The position numbers and the translations under genes were made by a program. The notes beneath the pieces were generated by a model. That model saw only the letters and a list, made by a program, of their open reading frames with translations, searched no databases and was not told where the DNA came from. Of a stretch of DNA of 59,197 bases, positions 1 through 7,461 are shown piece after piece; position 1 is the stretch's first letter, and every line of letters starts with the position of its first letter. This DNA comes from a virus (Duplodnaviria > Caudoviricetes): positions 1-59,197 of IMG/VR virus record IMGVR_UViG_3300027985_000657; one strand, 5' to 3'.

Positions 1-16
1 AAAAAATAAGTTAAAA

Positions 17-287
17 AAAAGTGACACAATTGACATATTTTTAACATGGCCCGTGAAGATTGCGCAAACAACACCTTTTTTTACCCAAAAACTACCCAAA
101 TATCAATAAATTGTATGTCAAATCTTTCCTGAAAAGTGACACAAAAGTGACACAAAAGTGACACAAATTGACATTTTCAATGTTTTTTATGGTATTCGTT
201 AATTATTAATCCAAAAATTAATGGTATATGTATATTTTTGACATACTTTTTGACATAAAATATTAGGCAAACTTTACGGGCAACGTT
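17..287. repeat. Putative replication origin: 11-bp iteron-like repeats in an AT-rich non-coding region
   Basis: AAAAGTGACAC at 17-27 and as three perfect tandem copies at 132-164, plus extra TGACA half-sites. An imperfect inverted pair (17/21 identity) lies at 43-63 and 267-287. No ORFs. Confidence 0.55.
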
Positions 288-321
288 TTTATCATTTTTA
301 GTGTGTTTACCTAAAATTAAA

Positions 322-356
322 AAAAAGAGCCCATGCGTTTTCGACGAGCTCTTTTT
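322..356 (-). terminator. Intrinsic terminator (possibly bidirectional) ending the minus-strand transcription unit
   Basis: AAAAAGAGC...GCTCTTTTT stem flanked by A/T tracts, downstream of the last minus-strand ORF. Confidence 0.7.
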
Positions 357-417
357 ATAATTTAATTTTCATTTAGTTTTTTAAATGCCATATATTAGAA
401 TATAAAATGTATAATTT

Positions 418-597
418 TTAGCGGGCCTGAACCGCACGTCGCTCGTGTCTCGAATGGTTGACACTTGTAACTTTCATACATTTATTCTCTAATACAGGTC
501 TAGACGATCGTTGTGGATATGTGTCTTCGACATATGATCGAATACCATGACGGTTGCCGTAAGAATATCCACCATAGAACCCGTACATTAGATACAT
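418..597 (-). CDS. Small hypothetical protein, 59 aa (MYLMYGFYGGYSYGNRHGIRS...), below the ORF-track cutoff
   Basis: AAGGAG RBS in the end of the upstream ORF, ATG 2 nt after its stop, open to TAA at 418. Confidence 0.55.
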   Translation of the reverse strand: MYLMYGFYGGYSYGNRHGIRSYVEDTYPQRSSRPVLENKCMKVTSVNHSRHERRAVQAR

Positions 598-599
598 TG

Positions 600-815
600 T
601 TATCTCCTTTTTCGTCCGCTATCTTTTCCGCGTGACTTATAATTATTTTTAGAATGTTCTTCTCTCTTATCTTTAAGGTATTCAGAACGATTTCTTTTCA
701 GAGCTTTCATCATATTTTCATATTCTTCTTGACAGTCATCACATAATCTATGATTACCATAAACTTCCCGACCGCATCTTTCACAGTTATTCGTTCTGTT
801 CGTGTACGTTTTCAT
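600..815 (-). CDS. Small Zn-finger-like protein
   Basis: CERC...CDDC; overlaps the upstream ORF. Confidence 0.6.
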   Translation of the reverse strand: MKTYTNRTNNCERCGREVYGNHRLCDDCQEEYENMMKALKRNRSEYLKDKREEHSKNNYKSRGKDSGRKRR

Positions 816-1296
816 TCGGTTTCTCTAGTAATTTTTCGACCACGCGCATATTTTTGAAAGTTCTTGCTTCCTTATTTAACCGCTCGCGTACGATATCTTT
901 TGCATCACGGAAACGGTGTGCTTCAACAATCTCTGTGACATGCTTCCATGAAACTCTTTTGGATGCACCTTTGAATAAAGGTTCTATTCGTAATTCGTAA
1001 GAAACCTCATAAAGTTTTAACGGATGTTCTTCCACTTCTTTTGAAATGTCTGGAATATAAGTAAAGAATTTCTTATTACCCAAACATAGTAGTTCTTCTG
1101 AGTTACAGTCACTCAAGACACAGTCAATAGTTTTTCTAAAGTCATCAATTTTGCTATCATTATAGAGAGCATATGATAATTCCTTAATAAAAATTTCCCT
1201 AGTAACCTTTCTGTCATTTATGATGTAAATCATTAAATCTCTGAAATCTTCTTCAGGTATGCCTAAATCAATAGACATCTGCTTGAAATGACCCAT
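787..1296 (-). CDS. Hypothetical protein
   Basis: 169-aa ORF with AAGGAGAA RBS. Confidence 0.7.
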   Translation of the reverse strand: MGHFKQMSIDLGIPEEDFRDLMIYIINDRKVTREIFIKELSYALYNDSKIDDFRKTIDCVLSDCNSEELLCLGNKKFFTYIPDISKEVEEHPLKLYEVSYELRIEPLFKGASKRVSWKHVTEIVEAHRFRDAKDIVRERLNKEARTFKNMRVVEKLLEKPNENVHEQNE

Positions 1297-1365
1297 GTAC
1301 TTCTCCTTGTCTTTTTTTTAGTTAAACGTTTGGTAAAATAAGTCTGCACTGTTTGCGCAAACAAA

Positions 1366-2448
1366 TTATGGGGTTATCAATAGATTACTTCCATCAGTTA
1401 CAATAGTTGGTAATTGACCATCCCAAATTCCTAGATACTCGAGGTATTTTACATACGATAATAGAGCATCAATTTCTTCTTGAGTATGACCATCGGTATT
1501 GACAACTAAAGAACCATCCGTAGCTTGTGTAATTTCAAATCCCAATGATTGAGCAACAAATGCAATCTTACTTGAATATGCCATAGCTTCTGCTTCAGCG
1601 ATAGCTTTGATTGCATTAGCCTCACCGATAGCTTTGGCTAGAGCTGCATTAGCTTCACCCTCTGCTTTGGTTAAAGCTTCGAGAGCGTTTTGTTCAGCAA
1701 TCAATACTGCATATTCAGCTTCTTGTAATTGTTTTTCGAGTTCAGCCTGTTGTTTCAAAATTTCTTGTTCAGCAAGCTTTGTACTTTGTAATAGAGCTTC
1801 AAATTCTGGAGTATAGACAGTATTTTTCAGTTTTATTTGATATACATTAATAAAGTACTGATTAAAACTGTTAGATAACTCTGTTTGAACATCGCTCACA
1901 TATTGAGCCTTAAGTGTTGTTAGTTCTCTAGCACTGTATGTACTAGCAACTGCCTCTGTAGCAGCCCAAATTGGATTTTGTAGTAGAGTTTCAAGATTTT
2001 CCAATGTGTTGTATCTTAAATATAAATCATTAATTTTGGTAGGGTCTACCTGATACTCGATTGTGAATGTGATTTCTACTGCTTGAAGATCTGAAGTATA
2101 TACTTCTCGTACTACTTCTGTTGTTCTAATTTTCTTATCATATTTGTGATACACTTCAAAGAATCCTTTGGATTGAATACCGGCAGTATTAACCGTATCT
2201 TTAACAACTCCAAATTCAGTTACAACATAAACCGATTGTGCATCCGTGATCTTATAGGTATTGAAACCATAGATAATCATAAATAATGCAACAACAGCAA
2301 GGATTGTGAATAGCGTACCACGCTTATTCAATTTTGATGCTTTCTCTGATGAATTTTCATTGTATGCTTTTGTAAATTTTACAGCTGCAACAATTCCGAA
2401 TACAATGAGTAATACAATACTAATAATTCCTAAAATTAATCCTAACAT
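1366..2448 (-). CDS. SPFH/band 7 (prohibitin/HflK-like) membrane protein
   Basis: Two N-terminal TM helices, VVTEFG...G motif, AEA/AxA-rich coiled coil, C-terminal WDGQLP. Confidence 0.85.
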   Translation of the reverse strand: MLGLILGIISIVLLIVFGIVAAVKFTKAYNENSSEKASKLNKRGTLFTILAVVALFMIIYGFNTYKITDAQSVYVVTEFGVVKDTVNTAGIQSKGFFEVYHKYDKKIRTTEVVREVYTSDLQAVEITFTIEYQVDPTKINDLYLRYNTLENLETLLQNPIWAATEAVASTYSARELTTLKAQYVSDVQTELSNSFNQYFINVYQIKLKNTVYTPEFEALLQSTKLAEQEILKQQAELEKQLQEAEYAVLIAEQNALEALTKAEGEANAALAKAIGEANAIKAIAEAEAMAYSSKIAFVAQSLGFEITQATDGSLVVNTDGHTQEEIDALLSYVKYLEYLGIWDGQLPTIVTDGSNLLITP

Positions 2449-2487
2449 TTTTCTAAATTCTCCTTTTTTATTTTTTTATATTGGATT

Positions 2488-2940
2488 TTATTTTGTTGGT
2501 AATCCTACGTTCCAAGCAGACTCAACCTTTGTACCACAATGTTGACAATAAGGTCGCTCAACTGGAAATACATGCCCAAATGTAATTGGGTCTTCAGCGG
2601 TATACAGTAATGCTCCACATATAGGACAATTTGCCCAGTATATGGTTTTACCATTTTCTGTATGTTTTGTAACATTTACATAATGATGAATTTGTTTGCC
2701 ATTATCGTCGAGTTCTTTAAATATGATTTCTTTTAAATCCTTTACTTCTTTTTGAAGTCTCTCAATAATTGTTTCAACGTATTCAAATAAATATTGATAC
2801 TCTGTCCAACCACCGCCATAGCTGCAAATACACCTTGAATTTAGGATGGCTTTAACTTTATAAATACTTTGTCCAAGTTCAATCTCTTGTCCTTCTTTTA
2901 AAATTGATCGCATCCATCTTTTCGTGAAATTTTGATTCAT
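2488..2940 (-). CDS. Hypothetical protein with C-terminal double Zn-ribbon
   Basis: CPICG...YCQHCG; AAGGAGAACTAA RBS. Confidence 0.75.
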   Translation of the reverse strand: MNQNFTKRWMRSILKEGQEIELGQSIYKVKAILNSRCICSYGGGWTEYQYLFEYVETIIERLQKEVKDLKEIIFKELDDNGKQIHHYVNVTKHTENGKTIYWANCPICGALLYTAEDPITFGHVFPVERPYCQHCGTKVESAWNVGLPTK

Positions 2941-2959
2941 TATTTAGTTCTCCTTCTTA

Positions 2960-3157
2960 TATATATCTGATCCACGGGACCAAGACGCATCAAGGCCCCG
3001 CTTTTATGGCATACTTATACGACTCGTCGGATAGCAGAGGTCAGGATCCTGATAAACTTTGTTTACTAGACTACCATTGTACTAAACGTACGTTGGGGTC
3101 CTAGATTTCGTAGAACCGGTGGCTCGGCGAGGTCGGTTTGTAGGAAGTTGATATATA
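2960..3157 (-). ncRNA. Candidate structured ncRNA (~200 nt)
   Basis: GC-rich intergenic island closed by TATATATC/GATATATA, with several internal hairpins; strand uncertain. Confidence 0.45.
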
Positions 3158-3236
3158 AAAATACAATCGGAGGTTTTTGGGGAGAGGTGATGGTCCCCTT
3201 AGCATTTGGAATAGACATATTCTACTTTTTGTTATC

Positions 3237-3896
3237 CTATGCTTTGTGGCGTTTAGTCTTTTTCTTAGACTTTTTATACGCCGATGCTTTCATATCTTTA
3301 AGGCTCCCAATAGCCAAAAGAATGTCTTTACGTTTTTTTAAATCTTGTATTTCAATAAATCGATTAAGTACTTCTTCATTAATAATTCCAGTACTTGAAG
3401 AAACCGAATTGAAATATAATTTTAGTTCCTTAATGTCCTCATCATAATCTTTGATTACGTCCGCTATCTCTTGTGCGTGTTTCGGGGACATGATTTTAGA
3501 GTACATCTCAAACATTCTCAAAAGAAATTTATCCTTGTCGATTGCCGGATATACTACTAGAAATGCTTCATTAAGATAATATAAAGCACCAAGAATCTCT
3601 TTCTTAGGAACCACAAAACAAATTTTAAAACCATAGATTGTAACCATTTTAATAGCATCTTCTGCATATTTCATAGCCCAATCTTCACTTTCAAGGTTAT
3701 AATCATCTAATGATAATATTTTATAATCGTCATAGATTGACAGGTAAACCTCTTGTCCCATTCCAGGGTATGCTGCAACAATAAAACCGCGAACCTTGTT
3801 TTCCATAAGTTTTTGTACGGCTTCTATTTTTTTGATACTTGCTGGTGCGCCTACTCCGGCAGCAACAACAATTCCTTCTGTTTTATCTTTATCCAT
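3237..3896 (-). CDS. Hypothetical protein, possibly a degenerate P-loop kinase-like fold
   Basis: 219 aa; FIVAAYPGMGQE resembles a Walker A lacking the Lys. Confidence 0.65.
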   Translation of the reverse strand: MDKDKTEGIVVAAGVGAPASIKKIEAVQKLMENKVRGFIVAAYPGMGQEVYLSIYDDYKILSLDDYNLESEDWAMKYAEDAIKMVTIYGFKICFVVPKKEILGALYYLNEAFLVVYPAIDKDKFLLRMFEMYSKIMSPKHAQEIADVIKDYDEDIKELKLYFNSVSSSTGIINEEVLNRFIEIQDLKKRKDILLAIGSLKDMKASAYKKSKKKTKRHKA

Positions 3897-3944
3897 TTGG
3901 ATTCTCCTTGTATAAATATCAAAAGAGAAAGATCATTGCTGATC

Positions 3945-4136
3945 TTAAACTTCTTGTGCATATTCTTCAGGAATATTAATTAATATTGGGTGACTTCTTG
4001 GAACTACATAATTAACCACATATCGAACATAATTGTTCCATTTGTCTGGCTCTTTTTTACGTAGAACATTGAGTACAGTCCCTTCACTAATTGTTATTGT
4101 CCCGTCAGAAAATTCTTTAGTTATTTTAATTTTCAT
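3945..4136 (-). CDS. Hypothetical protein (cassette gene)
   Basis: 63 aa; own promoter motif at 4151-4178, GGAGG RBS, terminator over the stop. Confidence 0.75.
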   Translation of the reverse strand: MKIKITKEFSDGTITISEGTVLNVLRKKEPDKWNNYVRYVVNYVVPRSHPILINIPEEYAQEV

Positions 4137-4150
4137 AATAATGCTTCCTC

Positions 4151-4178
4151 CTATAATAAAGGATGTAAAAACTACGAA
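4151..4178 (-). promoter_or_regulatory. Phage promoter-like motif copy
   Basis: TTCGTAGTTTTTACATCCTTTATTATAG. Confidence 0.7.
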
Positions 4179-4199
4179 TTGTAAAAGAGAAAGCCCATG

Positions 4200-4265
4200 T
4201 TAGGCTTTATTCTTCTTAAATAGATTTGACATAAAATTTTTAAATTTTTCCCAAAATTTTTTCAT
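4200..4265 (-). CDS. 21-aa amphipathic cationic micropeptide MKKFWEKFKNFMSNLFKKNKA
   Basis: Own promoter motif (4284-4311), AAAGGATGG RBS, terminator hairpin overlapping the stop. Confidence 0.65.
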   Translation of the reverse strand: MKKFWEKFKNFMSNLFKKNKA

Positions 4266-4283
4266 CTTATATACCATCCTTTC

Positions 4284-4311
4284 CTATAAAGAGGTATGTA
4301 AAATTTGCGCA
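4284..4311 (-). promoter_or_regulatory. Phage promoter-like motif copy
   Basis: TGCGCAAATTTTACATACCTCTTTATAG. Confidence 0.7.
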
Positions 4312-4313
4312 AA

Positions 4314-4628
4314 CTATGCATCCCAATTATCAATGATTACATTGAAACCACATTGTTGCATTAGCTCTGTAGAACTGATATATTTCAACCCATAAAATGT
4401 GTGTGTTGATAGGTAATGATCTTGGTATGGTATTTGTCGCGCATAACTTTTTCGTTTGCTATATGGTCTTGGATTTTTTGCTCGAAGCCATCCATTATAA
4501 TCTCCAACCTCAAGAATATGACTTTTTGATTCATTTGGAATGACTTTTAACTCTTCCCAATTTTTTATTAATGTTGCTGTTGGATACTTTCTTTTTAAAG
4601 CATCCATAGTATGTACATGATGTGCCAT
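4314..4628 (-). CDS. Hypothetical protein
   Basis: 104 aa, TAATG-coupled to the upstream ORF. Confidence 0.7.
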   Translation of the reverse strand: MAHHVHTMDALKRKYPTATLIKNWEELKVIPNESKSHILEVGDYNGWLRAKNPRPYSKRKSYARQIPYQDHYLSTHTFYGLKYISSTELMQQCGFNVIIDNWDA

Positions 4629-5104
4629 TATTCTTTCACTCGAATGTTTTGTTCTAGGAGTTTTTGTGTGTTTTTTACTGCTTTTTGAAGAATATCATTT
4701 GAAATTTCAATTGGATATACTTCTCCAGTGCGTGCTTTACCAGCACAAACACAATCAACAACCATTTCAAGAACATCTAGAAGATCAACATTTTCTGGAC
4801 ATTTATCATTAAGATGATGTCTTTCTGTTAAATGAATCTGCCACCAAGGTAGCTTTTTAAGATCAACATTTTCTGGATCTTGTTGCTTCTTAGAGAAATC
4901 CTCAAAGAATTGTTCAAAATGTGAAATTTTTGTATGATCGTGGTTATTACCAATTATCTTTAATTCATCTGATAAAGCAAATAGTACAGTTCGAACTGCA
5001 GTGATATGCTTGGTTGTATCAAGAAGAATTAGATCTTTTCTTAATGCTCCGTCAGCAGATCTTGTATCTGCATTTGGAGTTCTTTCTATGTATACTGTAT
5101 TCAT
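4628..5104 (-). CDS. His/Asp-rich conserved phage protein (HD-like metal-binding)
   Basis: HI...HDHTK...H..ERHH...D..EM..D pattern. Start reassigned to MNTVY (AAAGGAGAA RBS) because the longer ORF overlaps the tmRNA. Confidence 0.7.
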   Translation of the reverse strand: MNTVYIERTPNADTRSADGALRKDLILLDTTKHITAVRTVLFALSDELKIIGNNHDHTKISHFEQFFEDFSKKQQDPENVDLKKLPWWQIHLTERHHLNDKCPENVDLLDVLEMVVDCVCAGKARTGEVYPIEISNDILQKAVKNTQKLLEQNIRVKE

Positions 5105-5136
5105 AGATTCTCCTTTTCTTATTAGTAATTTAATAT

Positions 5137-5536
5137 TGGTGGAGGTGAGGGGAGTCGAACCCCTGTCCAAAATATTCAAATACACCAATTTCTACAGGGT
5201 TATTAACTTTTCGAATTTAAAACACTAAAAATATAAAGTATACGAAACTCTTAATAGTGAGTAAAAGGTAGAAGTTGCTTATCCCATCACACCTCTCATA
5301 GATGAGGGCAAGCCGTATTATTTTTGAGAACCAAGACACCTACGACTAAATATCAATGGTTCACCTCTCACTTTTCTTAGTAAGAGAAGACTGTTCTGGA
5401 TTTGAAGCCGGCGATTACGCTTTGGAACCAGCCGACGATTTTTTGGATAAAGTTTCCGTTTATTTTGTGGATTTTAGTTCTCCCGAACCCCTGCTTATGA
5501 TGTTCATCGTATCCTGTCGAATCCTAGAACACCCCC
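5137..5536 (-). ncRNA. ssrA: tmRNA (transfer-messenger RNA)
   Basis: 5' GGGGGTGTTCTAGGATTCGACAGG; 3' GACAGGGGTTCGACTCCCCTCACCTCCACCA; acceptor stem with a G3.U pair, T-arm and encoded CCA; internal tag frame 5457-5377. Confidence 0.93.
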
Positions 5537-5547
5537 ATTAAATTACT

Positions 5548-5967
5548 TTATTCTTCTTCTTTCAGTTTCATTTCTAAGCGATTTATTTTGTATTCTCTTA
5601 TTTGCTGTACCTGATTTGAAATATCAAGTACGTCAACAACTGAGTCGATAACAATAAGCACGTCCGCTATCTCTTCTGCGATGTTTGAATTGTATCCACG
5701 ATTTCGTTTACTTATTGCTTGAATTACTTCTGCACATTCTTCAACGAGCATTCCAAATTGTGATTCCGGACCATATAATTCTACAGCCCTTTTAATCAAT
5801 TCTTTTTCTCGTTGTGTTGGAAGTCGGTAATCATTTACTAATTTTATTTTTGGATTTTCAATTGATACACTGGCAATTGCTTTCTGAAATAATGCTGCAT
5901 CTTCTGGATTTTGGAAAGTTGTAACCATATCACCGATAGATGATTTCCAATGAACACTATAATCCAT
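5548..5967 (-). CDS. MazG-like NTP pyrophosphohydrolase
   Basis: YG...EECAE..QAISK...EEIADV motifs. Confidence 0.8.
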   Translation of the reverse strand: MDYSVHWKSSIGDMVTTFQNPEDAALFQKAIASVSIENPKIKLVNDYRLPTQREKELIKRAVELYGPESQFGMLVEECAEVIQAISKRNRGYNSNIAEEIADVLIVIDSVVDVLDISNQVQQIREYKINRLEMKLKEEE

Positions 5968-6136
5968 TTTTGCGATCCTCTATAAGTTTTTTACGTCTCT
6001 CCATAAAATTTTTAAATTGTTCTGATTGACGAAAAGCTATTTGATCCTCTAATATCTTTATTAATTTATCAGCAAGCTCATTTGCAAGCTCATCAATATC
6101 TTTGATAGAGCGCACTGGCTCATTAACAGCACCCAT
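5957..6136 (-). CDS. Small hypothetical protein, 59 aa (MGAVNEPVRSIKDIDELANE...)
   Basis: Fills the gap exactly and abuts both neighbours; below the track cutoff. Confidence 0.6.
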   Translation of the reverse strand: MGAVNEPVRSIKDIDELANELADKLIKILEDQIAFRQSEQFKNFMERRKKLIEDRKNGL

Positions 6137-6880
6137 TTAACTTACATGCTCCGCAAATGCAAGTGCCATGAGTTTACAATCATCTAATGTTTTAGCAGTA
6201 AACCCAACTGGTAAACTTATATCACGTTCTGGATGTTCTTTTAATCCTTCTTCATTCCATCCAGAAGATGCGGTACAGTCTCCTATCTTAACGACATCAC
6301 CAATTTTAAATCCTTGGATTGCTCGATGAGAATATCCATACCATTTTTGACGTTTACTAGAAAAACCAATGCATGCGGTTCCTCTAGGATTATCAAATGG
6401 AAGATTCTCCAAAGTAAGCATATCAATTTTATACTTCTTAAACAATTTTAATTGATCGATAGTCCCTACATACATTTCTGGACGATCAAAAATTGTTAGA
6501 TTAGGCATTAACAATACACCCGGTTGTTTTTGTTTACTGATGTATCTGCGTGCTCTGAAGTATGCAATTGATTCAAAAATATCCCTGAAAAAACGACGGA
6601 TGTGCCATCTAATTTTTACAAAGATTGTTATTTTTTCTTTTGCTATAGGTGCTTCAATAATTGCAGCACTAGCAGTTGTTTCTGTTGTTTCATTCATTTT
6701 AATAAGTTCTCCTTTATTAATTTTTGTAATGAATTCCATATCCGTTATTGAGGTTTCTAATATAGTCATTGAACCATCTCGTTTAATATGAACAGACGTA
6801 TCACCAATAACTTTTCCTTTGTCATCTTCTAATGGTAGTCGATGTATACCAGGGGTAATATCATACGTATGTTTATTCAT
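6137..6880 (-). CDS. Hypothetical protein
   Basis: Long ORF with C-terminal IGFS...WYGYSHRA..GF.IGD motif; start reassigned to MNKHTY. Confidence 0.7.
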   Translation of the reverse strand: MNKHTYDITPGIHRLPLEDDKGKVIGDTSVHIKRDGSMTILETSITDMEFITKINKGELIKMNETTETTASAAIIEAPIAKEKITIFVKIRWHIRRFFRDIFESIAYFRARRYISKQKQPGVLLMPNLTIFDRPEMYVGTIDQLKLFKKYKIDMLTLENLPFDNPRGTACIGFSSKRQKWYGYSHRAIQGFKIGDVVKIGDCTASSGWNEEGLKEHPERDISLPVGFTAKTLDDCKLMALAFAEHVS

Positions 6881-7127
6881 TTTCAATAACCTTAATAATA
6901 TTGCCATCAATATCTATTGTTATTTTAAAGACTACTGTGCTAGGACATTCTGGGCATGGAAATGCCATTAAATACTCTAATGGATTAGGCTGTAAAACTA
7001 ATACTACCGAATCCGATGAATTCCTTGTTCTTTTAGAAGCCATTTCTTCTATTAAAACTTTTATTTCATCTGAAGTCATCTCTTCTGAATAACCGCAATA
7101 TGGACATTTAATTTCATGTTTTAACAT
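6873..7127 (-). CDS. Zn-ribbon protein
   Basis: CPYCG...CPECP; AAGGAGAA RBS. Confidence 0.7.
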   Translation of the reverse strand: MLKHEIKCPYCGYSEEMTSDEIKVLIEEMASKRTRNSSDSVVLVLQPNPLEYLMAFPCPECPSTVVFKITIDIDGNIIKVIENE

Positions 7128-7461
7128 GATTTTCTCCTTCTAATTTTTCTTTAATTACTTGGTAATAATCATCTAGTATTTTTCTAGTTGGATTCCCAGG
7201 ATTCCACTCATCAATTGCATAACCATAAATGAATTTTAATAAATATAATTCATCTATATTTCGTACAAGAATTCCAATTAGTGGATTCGTCCAATAACCG
7301 TCCCCTGATTTTTCAATACCGCCAATTATAAATTTTTTATTTTCAAACATAATAATATCATTTAGCGAATATTTGATATCTGAATTTTTACGGGTATCGA
7401 CAACATAAACAAGCCCTCGTCCAATAATATTGTGTTTACTTTCAAATACTGTGTTTTCCAT
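7114..7461 (-). CDS. Hypothetical protein
   Basis: ORF coupled to the helicase end; start reassigned to MENTVF. Confidence 0.6.
   Translation of the reverse strand: MENTVFESKHNIIGRGLVYVVDTRKNSDIKYSLNDIIMFENKKFIIGGIEKSGDGYWTNPLIGILVRNIDELYLLKFIYGYAIDEWNPGNPTRKILDDYYQVIKEKLEGENHVKT

Noticed and set aside
1330-1360. Additional promoter motif copy (TTGCGCAAACAGTGCAG...)
   Set aside because: Has the CGCA box but lacks the ACAT and TWAT boxes; not counted.
5137-5170. tmRNA 3' end as a prophage attachment site
   Set aside because: The tmRNA is complete, flanked by phage genes on both sides, with no duplicated 3' fragment and no integrase.
5105-5188. N-terminal extension of ORF 4628-5188
   Set aside because: Overlaps the tmRNA T-arm and acceptor stem; a strong RBS supports the start at 5104.
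5356-5541. + strand 61-aa ORF
   Set aside because: Lies antisense within the tmRNA.
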